Assembly: GCA_963575745.1 (NCBI GenBank)
Contig: CAUYUJ010000321.1
Location: forward strand, 62,001 to 115,380
DNA length: 53,380 nucleotides
Source: Prorocentrum cordatum
Taxonomy: Eukaryota
Direction: 5' to 3'
The notes under the pieces: generated by a model
Told to the model about the DNA's origin: nothing
The model's input: only the letters and a program-made list of their open reading frames with translations
Database searches by the model: none
In this document: positions 26,700-37,997 of the stretch, one piece after another
How positions within the stretch are numbered: position 1 is the stretch's first letter
Layout of the letters: each line of letters begins with the position of its first letter
Program-made: the position numbers and the translations under genes

Positions 26700-27410
26700 T
26701 ACTAGCCTCAAGGTTGTGACCATAAACGGCAGCTGCTGGAGGGCAGTAAAAGATTGTGTCACCTCTCCTTTTGCAGGACCCGTCGGCATTGTGCTAGCGC
26801 AAGAAATACGCCTCTGGCAACCAGAGGCAATAACATCGGCTACTACATGGGCCAGCTCTCAGGGCTGGCATGCTATCGTCACGCCAGCTCGCTCGACAGA
26901 CCAAGAGCGCCCCTCGGGGGGCACCGCGATCTTGATTCGAGCAGGTCTTGACTTAGGTGGTCGTTCTACCACACTACCTCATCTTCGTTCTACCACACTA
27001 CCTCATCTTGAAAGTCCCCATCGCCTGACAGCAGTTGCTGTGGAGGCACCTGGATTAGGCCAGCTGGCAGTTGTTTCGATCTATCTCTATGACTCGGAGG
27101 GGATGTCTCAGAGAAATGCCCAGTGGCTAGCAGCAGCGGGAGAGATCCAGCAGCAGTGCCAGATGCCGATGATGATGGGAGGTGACTTTAACCTTACTCC
27201 GACCACCTTGTTGCAGTCAGACTTTGTGGTGAGAGCGACAGTTCGGATTCATAGTACTGCTAAGCCCACACATGTTGCCAAGACGAGCAGGTCGATCTTG
27301 GATTAGTTTCTCGTGTCAGAAGCCTTGGATGACAGAGTGGTAGAGACCAGCGTCCTTGAATACCCCCTGGCCCCGCACAGAGTAGTGCAGTTGGAACTGA
27401 AAAGTGGGCA
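26665..27410 (+). pseudogene. LINE ORF2 APE endonuclease domain
   Basis: Motifs VVTING, VLAQE, SGGTAILIR, VVSIY, GGDFN, ILD*F (stop where an aromatic residue is expected) and PHRVV. Confidence 0.9.
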
Positions 27411-28117
27411 GTTTTTTATTCCAGTATTGCAGCAGCCTCAGCAGCTCCCCCGCGGCTTCCCCTTCGGCCCTCCCCTGCAGCATCTTCCTTGGACGGCAGC
27501 GACGGCGGCGATGAGTCAAGGCGGAGGAGATGTTGTTCACAGAGGAAGGCGAGGTGGTCAAGCACAGCATGGCAACCAAGCAAGCAGCCCTGGATGCCGC
27601 GTACCAGGCCCTGGTCCAGGACATGGAGCAGGCAATTGCTAGGAGCACGGATACGCAACTTCGTCAACCGCCTCTTCGCGGCAAACCTCCTACGGTGAAA
27701 TGGGCCCCCGCCACGGCCTTCCAGAAGAAGCACCAGAAGTCTTGGGTTTGGGGCTCCCTGGCGAAACCTCTGATCTGGCTCAGGGGCAAAGCGCAGGAAA
27801 CTAAGGCCTTCTTCGCGGGCAAGTGCAACGAGATTCGGAACCAATATCCGTATCACCAGGTCACGCCGCAACGAAAATATCACGAATTTCGGTGTCAAGA
27901 AAGTGTGACCAGCATTTCCAGATATGACGTCAACTGGGCCTTAGAAGAGGTTCAGTTCCCGCCCCAGCAGTTCAGCAACTCTGGGTCACTCCAGCAGGCC
28001 CTAGATACGTTTAGGAACCTCCTGCTGGCCATCGGTCTGGACAGCCAGGCCGGGTGCCTCAACGCCGAGTTGGTCGATCGCATGTTCGTTGATGTCTTAG
28101 ATGAGCTGGAGGAGTAG

Positions 28118-29580
28118 CATCAGCCAGGGGGAGAGGCAGAGCGCCAGCGACAGCAACAAGCAGTGGAGGGACTGGGTGGCCGAGGCCATGCAAGGAGGAG
28201 CGGGTAAAGCACACGCCTACTCTCGCAGTTCCCCCCCCCCCTGGCAGCCGCAGGCAGTTAGGCATGGAGGCAGGTGGTCAGGGAGGCCCAGTCACCTGCT
28301 GCAGGCCGAGGCAGGTAGGTTGCAGGAGCTGTGGCAGTCCTTATCTCACGAAGGCCCACTATTTCAGGGAGCCCCAGATGAAGAGCCGCCGTCACCACTA
28401 CAGCCTCAGCAGATCCTTGCAGCTGCCAAAACCTCCCCCAAGACCACAGGGATGACTTGGCACGTTTTTCACCCAGTGCACTTCAAAATGATTGGCCAAG
28501 TTGGGCTGGAGCTAATGGCTACCCTGTTCAAACTCGTGGAGGCCCTCGGGGCCTGTCCCACTCCGCTGCGCGCTGTTCTGACGGTGATCATTCCGAAGCA
28601 CGAGAAGACAGGCAGCCAGCCCCAGTACAGAGGTATAGGCATGCTCCCCAGCCCTTACAGGTTATGGGCACGCACTAGGCAGCACGTGGCCAAGTCTTGG
28701 GAACAGAACCACAAGATAGGGTTGTTGTGCCACCAATCGGGCAGGTCCATTTGTGAACTAGTCTATATGCAGGCCTTAAGTGCAGGAAGAGGACAGTACG
28801 TCAACCCCGTTATGCACACGGGCACGATCATGTGGGATTTAAGCAACTTTTACGAGCATGTGGACAGAGAGGACCTGTTCAAGAAAGCGCTCCACAACAA
28901 GTTCAGCACCCACATTTGATCGGTCATTCTTAATCAGCATAAGTCTAGAAGGTTAGTGTCGTTCTCGTCTATGGTTACCGACGTGGGCTACACCACCAGG
29001 GGCATCCCAGCAGGCGACAGCTTCGCCACTTACCTCGTTCAAATTTATTGCATCAACGAACTAGACGCCTGGCAGTCTCAGCACAGCATGGTGCAGCGTA
29101 GCGTCGTCATCGATGACTTCCTCCAGCAAGCTCAAAGCAGTTCTGTGCTGACGGTGCTGACAAACCTGACAGATGCAGCCCATGACATGCGACAGGTGAT
29201 CGAATTAGACCTACAGTGCTCTGTGGCCGATCACAAATCAGTAGTCCTTGCTTCTTCCGAGAATTTGCAGTTGCAGATAGTCAAGGCCCTTGGAACCAAA
29301 GGCGGACAGGCACTAGACTCGGCAGCCAACTTAGGCATCGACTACAGCGCTGGGCGCAGCAGAATGTACAAGAAGTACAGTCCTACAACAATAGGACGGC
29401 ACGCAAAGCTGCGCATGCGCCTCTTCAAACTCAACAGCCTTCGAGAAGGAGGGGCTACCATCAGTAAGCTGTACTCAGGTGGGTTGCAGCAGGCAGGATA
29501 CTACGGGACGGAGGTTGTAGGAGCGGATGACGGAGAAGTGAGGGCTATTCAAACCACGTTTTTAAAAGCATGCGGCCAAG
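28118..29580 (+). pseudogene. LINE ORF2 reverse transcriptase domain
   Basis: Motifs IIPK, YRGIGMLPSPYRLW, WDLSNFYEHV, RGIPAGDSFA, VIDD, HKSVV and NLGIDY, in non-LTR RT order. Confidence 0.92.
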
Positions 29581-31513
29581 ATGCACCACCAGGTCTCGCT
29601 CCCTCAGCCTCCTTATCCTCAACGACCCCACCTGGAAGGTAGCATGTGGCCCATGCCTGACGTGGGCAAAAATTGTTTGGAGGGCAGCAACAACCAATGC
29701 AGGAGGCTGGACATTGCCTCAGCTGCGCGATTTGGTGGAGCCAATTTTTAAAGCCCCCCCTAAGAGATGGACGGAGTCCCGGGGCCCTTTCGGAGCTTGT
29801 CTGTCGTCTCTCGGAAGGATTGGGTGGAAAGCGGTAAGCCCTTTTAAGTACCAAGATAAGGACGGCAGGACCTATATCCTCACCTCCGTGTCGCCCACGC
29901 TCCTCTCCGCAGCGCTACAGAGAGCCTGGAGGGACAGGCTGGTGGAGCAAGCGAGCCAGCGACTGGGATGGGTGGAGGATCAGGTCTGCGTCTCTGCTGC
30001 CCTTTCCATCCTCCACTCCCACTCTCGCCCTCCGCGCGAGCGCTCCATCCTCCTCGCCTTCCTTCCCCAAAACATATGGACCAAGTATGGTCTCAGCGAG
30101 GCAGGCTACGAAGTAGATACGAAATGCCCATGCGGGCACCAGCAGGATAGTATGCACCATCGGTTGTTTGAATGTGTGCTTTCGGCTGCGGACCGCAGCG
30201 AAGACTTAAGCTTTGAAGATAAAGAGACTCTCAGGACTGCCGATTGGGCTCACTTGCAGGCCGGCCTAGGAGTTAAGGATACCTTCGACAACCAGGCTCC
30301 ACCAGGGCTTGGTCTGGAGGAAGCGACGCTGTGGGCGGTTGACCCTCATACCACCCCAGCCCAAGCCCTGCAAGGTGAGCTGTACCTTGACGGCTCCTGT
30401 TTTAAAGACGGTCCCCAAAGTCACCATCGAGCTGGATGGGCCGTTGTAGCTCTCGACCCCATTTCGGGCGAAGCCCAAGCGGCCCTCGCGGGGCCAGTGG
30501 GACGCGAGCTTCCGCAAACGTCGCCTGCCGCCGAATATCTTGCGGCGCTCGCGGCTGTCAGATACGGCAGCAACATCACGTATCTTGTTGCTGACTACTC
30601 GGGCACGTGCAAGCTGCACGACCCAACATTGTCCCATAGGAATTTCTACGCTGGGATTAAGCTGTTAATTAAAGGTAGTCCAGGCTGGCATCGAGACCTC
30701 AGCCTAATTAAGGTCAAGGCGCACCAAGACTTAGACAGTCTGGAACGCCACACCGACGAATGGAGGAAGGCCGCTGGCAATGCCGAGGCGGACAAATGGG
30801 CGAAGTGGGCTGCCAACGAGCTGGCCAAACCCTCACCCGCCGAAGCGCAGATAAGTGAATACAGGTTTAAACTTTTGCAGCGGTTCCTCAGATATGTTTG
30901 CAAGGTCTTGCCAAAGTGGCCTCCTGTGGCCTCTTCGGCTGGAGGCAAAGCTCTGGCCAAACCAAGCAAGTCAAATTCCCCTCCTGTGGGGGCCGCCGCC
31001 GCCCCAGGCTCCAAGCCCGTGCCTCCTCCCCCCCGTCCTCCCGCTGCGACTCGGGGTGCTGGGGGTCTCCTTGTGCACGATTGGGTCTGGAGTCTGGGAG
31101 GCTGGGTGTGCAAGCTTTGTAAAACCCGAGCCTTGACGGACCATAGTAAAGAATCGAGGCTCAGTGAGAAGTGCACTGGCAGTTCTCCTTTGAAGACTCT
31201 CGCTGCAGACAGCCACGGCCACAAGCTGGTGGTTGCAGATTTTGCAACAGGAGAGAACTTTATCATTGCTTGTCAGATGTGCGGTGCTAATGCTGTGTCG
31301 AACCCACGTAACTTGACCTCTCCGTGCCCTGCGCAGTTTGCTGAGTGTCAGAACCGTGGAGCCCGATATGCATGGCAGCAGATCTGCAACGGCAGACATC
31401 CCAAGAAGTCGGGAGTTCAGCTGAATGGTGTTATCCCTCTTGACCAGCTTATGCTCTCTTTAGCTGAGGAGCAGGAGCGGGAGGCGGAGGTGGGGCAGGA
31501 GCAGGAGGGATGA
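29570..31513 (+). pseudogene. LINE ORF2 C-terminal part: CCHC-type finger, RNase H, Cys/His-rich tail
   Basis: CPCGHQQDSMHHRLFEC; RNase H motifs LYLDGS, AGWAVV, QTSPAAE, VADY, KVKAH and GNAEADKWA; then HDW..WVCKLC and HGH..CQMCG. Confidence 0.9.
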
Positions 31514-32140
31514 GCTCTCCTGCCGCCCGTCCGCCGCGGCCGCCAACAGCAGGCGCACCGCTCCCGCGCGCGCCCCCCCCTTGCAAAGGGTAGTGGGGCA
31601 GCGTAGCAGAGACACAGACGCTGCTAAGGTTTTGGGTTGGGTCGGTTCGGCCAACCCTCAGCCTTCCTTCCTTCTTACTGCGTGCTACTCCTCCTCCTCC
31701 TCCTCCTATTCCTATTCCTCCTCCTCATCCTCCTCCTCCTCCTCCTCCTCCTCCTCCTCCTCCTCCTCCCTCCTCCTCCTCCCTCCTCCTTCCTCCTCCC
31801 TCCTCCTTCCTCATCCTCCTTTTCCTCCTCCTCCTCCCTCCTCCTCCACTCCTCCTCTCCTCCTCCTCCTCCTCCTCCTCCTCCTCCTCCCCTCCTCCTC
31901 TCCTCCTCCTCCTCCCTCATCCTCCCTCCTCCTCCCCTCCTCCTCCTCCTCCTCCTCCTCCTCCTCCACAATTACTCAATATGAATACTACTCTCCGTCT
32001 TCCCCCGATGGCGGCCTGAAAGTAGCCGACCCCCCCCCGGCGTCCTGCTGTTTTACACACAGGATTCCCGGGAGTTGGGTTTTCGCCTGCATTTGTTCAA
32101 AACGCTGCTCTCGCCGAGGCGCCGGCCTCATTTTCGGGCC

Positions 32141-32293
32141 CCGCTCGTTCCGAATCGTGCTCCCGCTGCAGCGCTGGCCTCATTTCCGTGCTTCCGCTCG
32201 TTCCGAATCGTGCTCCCGCTGCAGCGCTGGCCTCATTTCCGCGCTTCCGCCCGTTTCGACTCGTGCTCCCGCTGCAGCGCTGGCGTCATTTCC
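32141..32293. repeat. ~53-bp tandem repeat, about 3 copies
   Basis: CCGCTCGTTCCGAATCGTGCTCCCGCTGCAGCGCTGGCCTCATTTCCG unit. Confidence 0.85.
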
Positions 32294-32832
32294 CGTGCCA
32301 TGCCACAGCACACGCGCACACACGCACACACACACACACACCACCACTACCACCACCACCACCACCACCACCCCACCACCAACCACCACCACAGCACCAG
32401 CACCAGCACCAGCACCAGCACCAGCACCAGCACCAGCACCAGCACCAGCACCAGCACAGCACCAGCACCAGCACCAGCACCAGCACCAGCACCAGCACCA
32501 GCACCAGCACCAGCACCAGCACCAGCACCAGCACCAGCACCAGCACAACCACGCACACACGCACGCACGCACGCACGCGCACCACCACCCACTAGTCCGC
32601 GGATAGAGAAAATCAGCGCCATGGTAAGGGATGGGAGGGAGGGGTAGGACGTCAGATATGACGCGCGCGCACCTAGCTTGTCCTCCCTCCTCCTCCTCCC
32701 TCCCTCCTCCTCCTCCTCCCCCTCCTCCCCTCCTCCTCCTCCTCCTCCTCCTCCTCCTCCTCCTCCTCCTCCTCCTCCCTCCGCCTCCTCCTCCTCGCCC
32801 TCTCCGCCGTCCTCGCCCAACAGCTGCGTCGC

Positions 32833-35800
32833 ACTCACTCCGTCTCGAGGATGCTGCCGTCGGGGGCGCTCGTGACCCTACGGCAGCAGAGGGGGCAGCA
32901 CTGCCGCTTGCCGCCCCAAGCCCGCCCGCTCTCTGACAGCCACCGGGCCGCACAGAGAGAGTGGAACGCGTGGCCACAGGGCCCGCCGCCGCGCTGTGCC
33001 GCGAATGCTTTCCTCTGGCGTGCGAAGGCATGCTCACGACACAGTGGATTTGTGCTGCGACGCCTCGCGGGGGTGGCGCCAGCCTGTAGTTACTGACTGC
33101 GCGTGATGTTGGGACTGGCTCGTTTCATCTCTCGCCTTGCAGTTATCGTGCTGCGCAAGGAACGCTGAGCATGAAGGGGCCCTGGGACACACACACACAC
33201 ACACACACACAAGTAGTCACAAACAACAGGACTGCCCTTATGTTTCCCCATCTGTTCTGGGCTTTCGCCTTCCCCCCCACCTCCCTGACCACCTACCAAA
33301 CCACCCCAACCCAACCCGAAGACCCGAATTTGACCCGAATTTCGGGTTGGGGAGGGGGTACGGGTTCCATGTGTCTTTTCGATGTTCCCCGACCCCCCTC
33401 CCACTGGAAATGGAGGGCAGATCGGGGCCTTCGGGTTGGGTTGGGGTGGTTTGGTGGGCGGCGACTCCCATAGCTCCCCATCTGTTCTGGGGGGGGCATC
33501 GACGATGCACTGTGTCTGTTTTGGACGCCCGACATGGGTACCGAAAAAATGGGCACGATGCCCAACAACAAATGTTGTCCCAAACCAACAGCGGCCGCTG
33601 TTGGGCAGGCGGCCTCCCTGTCTCGAATGGACACAGGCCGCGGCGGCGTGGACAGCGAGCCCTGTTCAAAGTGAACAAGATCCGCTGTTGGGCATCGTAC
33701 CCGTTCTTTCGGTACCCATTTCGGGCGTCCAGATCTGTGGTTCTTGCCCCTCCCGAGCGCGCGAGGAGTGCGAGGGGGGCCGCCTGGCCACGGCGGGCCC
33801 CGGCCGCGGGCAGAGGGCTCCCCGACCACCGGGCCCGAGGAGCGGCCCCACGGCCAAGGAGCCCCCGTCGCGGCGACGAGGGGGGCCCCGATCTCGGCCC
33901 CGGCCGTGGACGAGCCTCCCCGGTGTTCTGGGCATTTCGTCTTCCCCCCCACGTACCACAGCTCCCCATCTGTCCTGGGGCACCGACGACGCACCGTGTC
34001 TGTGGGGTTCTTGTCCCTCCCGAGTTCTGGGCATTCCGTCTTCCCCTCCCCCACTTCCCACGGCTCCCAACATGCCCTGGGGCACCGACGATGCACTGTG
34101 TCTGTGGGGTTCTTGTCCCTCCCGAGAGCGCGAGGAGTGCGGGGGGCGGCCCCACGGCCGGAGCCCCTCACTGCACCGAGGTGGCCCCGACCTCGGCTCG
34201 GCGGTGGACAAGCCTCCCTTTCGCAAACCTCCCCGTACAGGGCAGTGTTATTCTATACAAAGGATCTGTTTTTTTTTAATATATAAAAATGGGATGTTCA
34301 GTACATGATCCACCTGTGAACAAATGTATGCATGAACTCATCGTTGCCTCTAATGCTAAATCCCTGCATGTTTTAATACATGATCCGCACGCGGAGCATG
34401 TATTAAAAACGGCACTGTAGTGAATACGGCCTGGAGACGCCCTCTCGCGAACCGAAAACGGCCAATTCTTTAGTCTGGAGGAAAGAGAACTGTACACATG
34501 CACCGATTCTGGCCGGGCCCACCCTGAGCCCAGGATCGGTGCATACGCCATCCTGCCTTGGCCAGGAGGGCACATGCACCGATCCTGGGTGCCAGGATGG
34601 GCCAGGCCAAGATCGGTGCCTGTGCATAGTTCTCTTCGCCCGATAATCGACGTGTCAGGGTAGGAGGTCGATCCACCTTCGATCAGCGCATCGGCGGTGT
34701 GGGGAGGGATGGGCGGCTCGAGGGGGGGAGCCTCGGGCTGGCACCTGCGCTGTGTCGCCGACAGGTCAGCGGCAGGCCCCCGGTGGCGAAGCCGCGTGTT
34801 CCTGGACGGAGGGGGGCCGTCGTGCCCGTCGTGCCCGTCGGCGATGGATGGGCGGCTGAGGGTGGGCACTTCCCCCACCGAGCCCATCCACCGCTAACCT
34901 GGAGTGTGGGCCTTTGTCCGTTCCTGGCGGGCCTCCGAACTTGTTCGGTGGCAACCAGTTGCTCTCTGGAGGCCTCTGGATTGAGCAGGGGCCGACCGTC
35001 CTGGCATTCCTGTAGTCCTACCACGGAATTCTCTTAGAGCCCAAAAATGTTCTAAGAGCAAAAAAAATGTTCTTAGAAAATAATCCCGATTTGCTAAACC
35101 AAGACAGGCTCCGCAAGACATGTGCCAAGAACAATTCGTGGGAACCACAAAAAGTTCTTAGAACATCGTCTGGTAGGACTATAGGCACGCCAGGACGCTT
35201 CGCCACTGCTCGAAGATGCTCTCTGGAGGCCTCTGGGGAGAGTTCGGAAGCCTTGCGGAGACCGTCCGGCGGTGCTCTCGGGTGCTGGGGAGGGGCCCGC
35301 TCGCTGCGGCACGATGGTCCAGACCTCCCTGGCGCCACCGGGGCAGTAATGCACGCGTTGCTCTGTCCAGGTCTCCGAATGTTGGGCCCTCACCGTCTGA
35401 ACACCATCGTGCAGAACAGCTGACTACGTACCAGACCACCCCAACCCAACCCGAAGACCCGAATTTCGGGTTGGGGGGGGGAAGGGTTCCACACGTGTTT
35501 TTGCGATGTTTCCCGACACCCCCCCCACTGGAAATCGAGGGTAAATCTGAGCCTTCGGGTTGGGTTGGGGTGGTTTGGTGGGTGGTGAACAGCAACTTCA
35601 GCGTCGGAGACCCCATACCCACAGCCACCCACCAGCATTTGGACGCTGCTTGCCCTTACTGAGCATCCGGAGACCTTTGGAGGTCTCACTCCAAGCCACC
35701 CACCGGGCGCCCCTCCTCCCAGCCACGCACAGCAAGTTGGCGGATATGCGCGGCAGCGCAGTTGCACAGCTGCACAAGCGTCTCCTCCGAGCCCACGTCG

Positions 35801-37220
35801 TCAATACAAATAGCACACTGGTCGACGCCACAATCGCCAGCTTGGACAGTGGAAAGGGATGAGAAGGCGGGGCTCGTGGTGCTATCATCCTGTGGCTGCA
35901 GCCGGAGCATAATAAAGGAGCTACTGCTCACTCCCTGCTTCATGAACCTCGACCCCAGCTCGTCGATATCGCGAAGCCAGTTGGCGCCAGCATTTTTGGG
36001 AGGTCTGGCTCAGGGGTCGCCAAAATTGAGCAGGGACCGACCGACCCGGCATTCCTATAGTCGTTCCAAGAAATGCTCTTAGAACCCAAGAATGTTCTAA
36101 TAATAAAAACAATGTTCTTAGAACATAAACCCCATGTGTTAAAACAAAACAATATCCGCCAGAAACGTTCTAAGAACATTTCGTGGGAACCACAAAAGGT
36201 TCTTAGAACATGGCTCGGTGGGGCTATAGGCGGGCCAGGACGCTTCGCCGCTGCTTGACAAAAGCATTTCTGGCCCTTAAGGTGTCCCCAGCCTCGTGCG
36301 CCAGCCGCGCCAGCCCGGACCCCCCTGTGGGGCCCTCTGGGCCCCGCGGGGGGAGCTCTGGACATTAAAGGGGCCCCAGGAGACACAAGTAAATGCACAC
36401 AAATAAAAAGATTCCCCATATTTTCCGACATGTTCTGCCCACACTTCCCATATTTCCCCATATTTTCCTGGGGATCGTCGACAACATGTGTCGGTGTGTT
36501 TCTGTTCCCTCCCGACTGCAGACATCCTGGGGCCTCCCTGGGAGCACCCTGCAGGACGCCTTCCGGGCCAGGAACCCGCCTCCGAGAGCGACCCCTGGCT
36601 GGTGGACACCCTCATCACCAGGGCGCCGGGCCGCTGGATCTCCTCCAGGATGGACCAGTAGCCCGTGGCCCCGTTCACGCGCGTGACGAGGCAGCCGGGG
36701 CGCAGCGCCCGCTCCGGGTGTGCCCTGTTCCACTCGCCGAGGAGGCCCCGCTCCTCGATCGCGACGACCACGGCCCCCTCCTTGGGGCGCCCGAGTTATC
36801 CTGGGCAACTCGGGTCCGGGGTAACTCGGGTTCGGCTTCCCGAAAAAAAGGAACCCGAGTTAGCCCTGACCCGAGATACCCCTGATGATTTTGGGGCTCT
36901 GGACGCCCGAATTATCCGGGGTAACTCGGGTTCGGATTCCCGAAAAAACGAACCCGAGTTAACCCTGACCCGAGTTACCCTTAATGATTTTGGGGCTATG
37001 ACTCCTCGCTGTTGCCGAGGGCAGCGCCGAGGACGTCCCCCGGGCGCTTGAGCACGTCCACGGCGAAGCCCTCGGGCGGCGCGGCGGCCGCCCCGGACGC
37101 CCGCGCGCCCTCGCGGCCGAGGCGGCCGCACCCCTCCCCGGCGAGCCCGGGGGCGGGCCCCGCGGCGCCCGCCACGGGGTCGCGGCAGAGGCCCTTCCCG
37201 AGCGCGGGCGTGGGGCCCAT
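32833..37220 (-). CDS. Multi-exon PDZ-like + RING-H2 protein (putative E3 ubiquitin ligase); boundaries approximate
   Basis: Exon ~37220-37005 (FAVDVLKRPGDVLGAALGNSE). Exon 36780-~36600 (EGAVVVAIEERGLLGEWNRAHPERALRPGCLVTRVNG). Exon ~36008-35770 (...DQCAICIDDVGSEETL). Exon ~32990-32833 (PCGHAFHSLCAARWL...CCPLC...ILETE*). Joined they give C3H2C3. Confidence 0.8.
33286..33464. mobile_element. MITE family C, 5-bp TSD CTCCC, nested in a family B element
   Basis: TIR core ACCACCCCAACCCAACCCGAAG; exact TSD. Confidence 0.88.
33520..33733. mobile_element. MITE with ~48-bp TIR, 5-bp TSD TCTGT, nested in a family B element
   Basis: TTTGGACGCCCGACATGGGTACCGAAA... versus TCTGGACGCCCGAAATGGGTACCGAAA...; exact TSD. 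Confidence 0.88.
35421..35588. mobile_element. MITE family C, 5-bp TSD ACAGC
   Basis: Same TIR core; exact TSD. Confidence 0.88.
36026..36258. mobile_element. MITE family D (TTGAGCAG...CTGCTTGA), 5-bp TSD CAAAA; second copy at 34981-35213
   Basis: About 35-bp imperfect TIR; the two copies align along their length. Confidence 0.85.
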
Positions 37221-37252
37221 GGCCTCGGGGAGGCCTGGGCCGGGAGTGTCTG

Positions 37253-37428
37253 TGACTACCTACCAGACCACCCCAACCCAACTTGAAGACCCGAATTGGG
37301 ATCGACTTTCGGGTTCGGGGGGGTACGGGTTCCATGTGTTTTGTTCAGCGTTCCCCGACCCCCCCCACTGGAAATCGAGGATAAATTTGGGCCTTCGGGT
37401 TGGGCTGGGATGGTTTGGTAGGTGGTGA
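37253..37428. mobile_element. MITE family C, 5-bp TSD GTCTG
   Basis: Same TIR core; exact TSD. Confidence 0.88.
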
Positions 37429-37905
37429 GTCTGGGGGGGCGGTAGGACTGGGGAGGGGCAGAGGTGCCCTTCTCGGGCCCCAGTGGCCCCCCTCTGGGGC
37501 CCCCACGGGGCCCCTTTGGGGGGGGGACCTCTCGAGGGCCCCTCTTCGGCAGCCCTCGCTGCCCCGCCTCGTGCATCGCCCCCCCCAGCACGCGCCCCCC
37601 AAAGGCCGGCTGGATGGGGGGGGCAGCTGATGGCTGTCGCTCCTGGCTGCGAGAGCGTCTCCAGCTCGCTCGGGCCAAGAAAACTGCGGAGAGGAGCGGA
37701 GGCATGACGAGGACGAGAGAAGAGGGAGTAGGAGAGTGCGAGGGATGACGGGAGAGCAGCTGGATCAAAAGGCCAGGCCGCGAAGAAGCAAAGCGTGTCC
37801 GAAGGGCTACCCTATAGATCAGATAAGACTAAAAGTTGGCATATTTATATAGAAGTTAACAACACATGGAAATATTATCAAAATGCCGGGAAGTTAACAA
37901 AACCG

Positions 37906-37997
<92 letters not shown>

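Larger units (their letters stand above)
25097..31685 (+). mobile_element. Full-length non-LTR (LINE) retrotransposon, ORF1 + APE-RT-CCHC-RNase H ORF2, disrupted
   Basis: Begins at the DinoSL, carries colinear LINE domains and ends about 170 nt after the last stop where (CCT)n resumes. About 7 lesions: frameshifts near 25475, 26530, 27525, 28115 and 29580; stops at 27304 and 28917. Confidence 0.93.

Noticed and set aside
31986..32647. Stowaway-like MITE (TACTACTCTCCGTC ... GATGGGAGGGAGGGGTA)
   Set aside because: TIR match is too imperfect in low-complexity surroundings.
33298..33455. GGGTT runs as telomeric repeats
   Set aside because: They are the family C TIRs, not a TTTAGGG array.
37906..37996. 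A-run of about 90 nt as a retrogene tail (also 52073-52139)
   Set aside because: No associated TSD or ORF; long homopolymer lengths may be sequencing artefacts.
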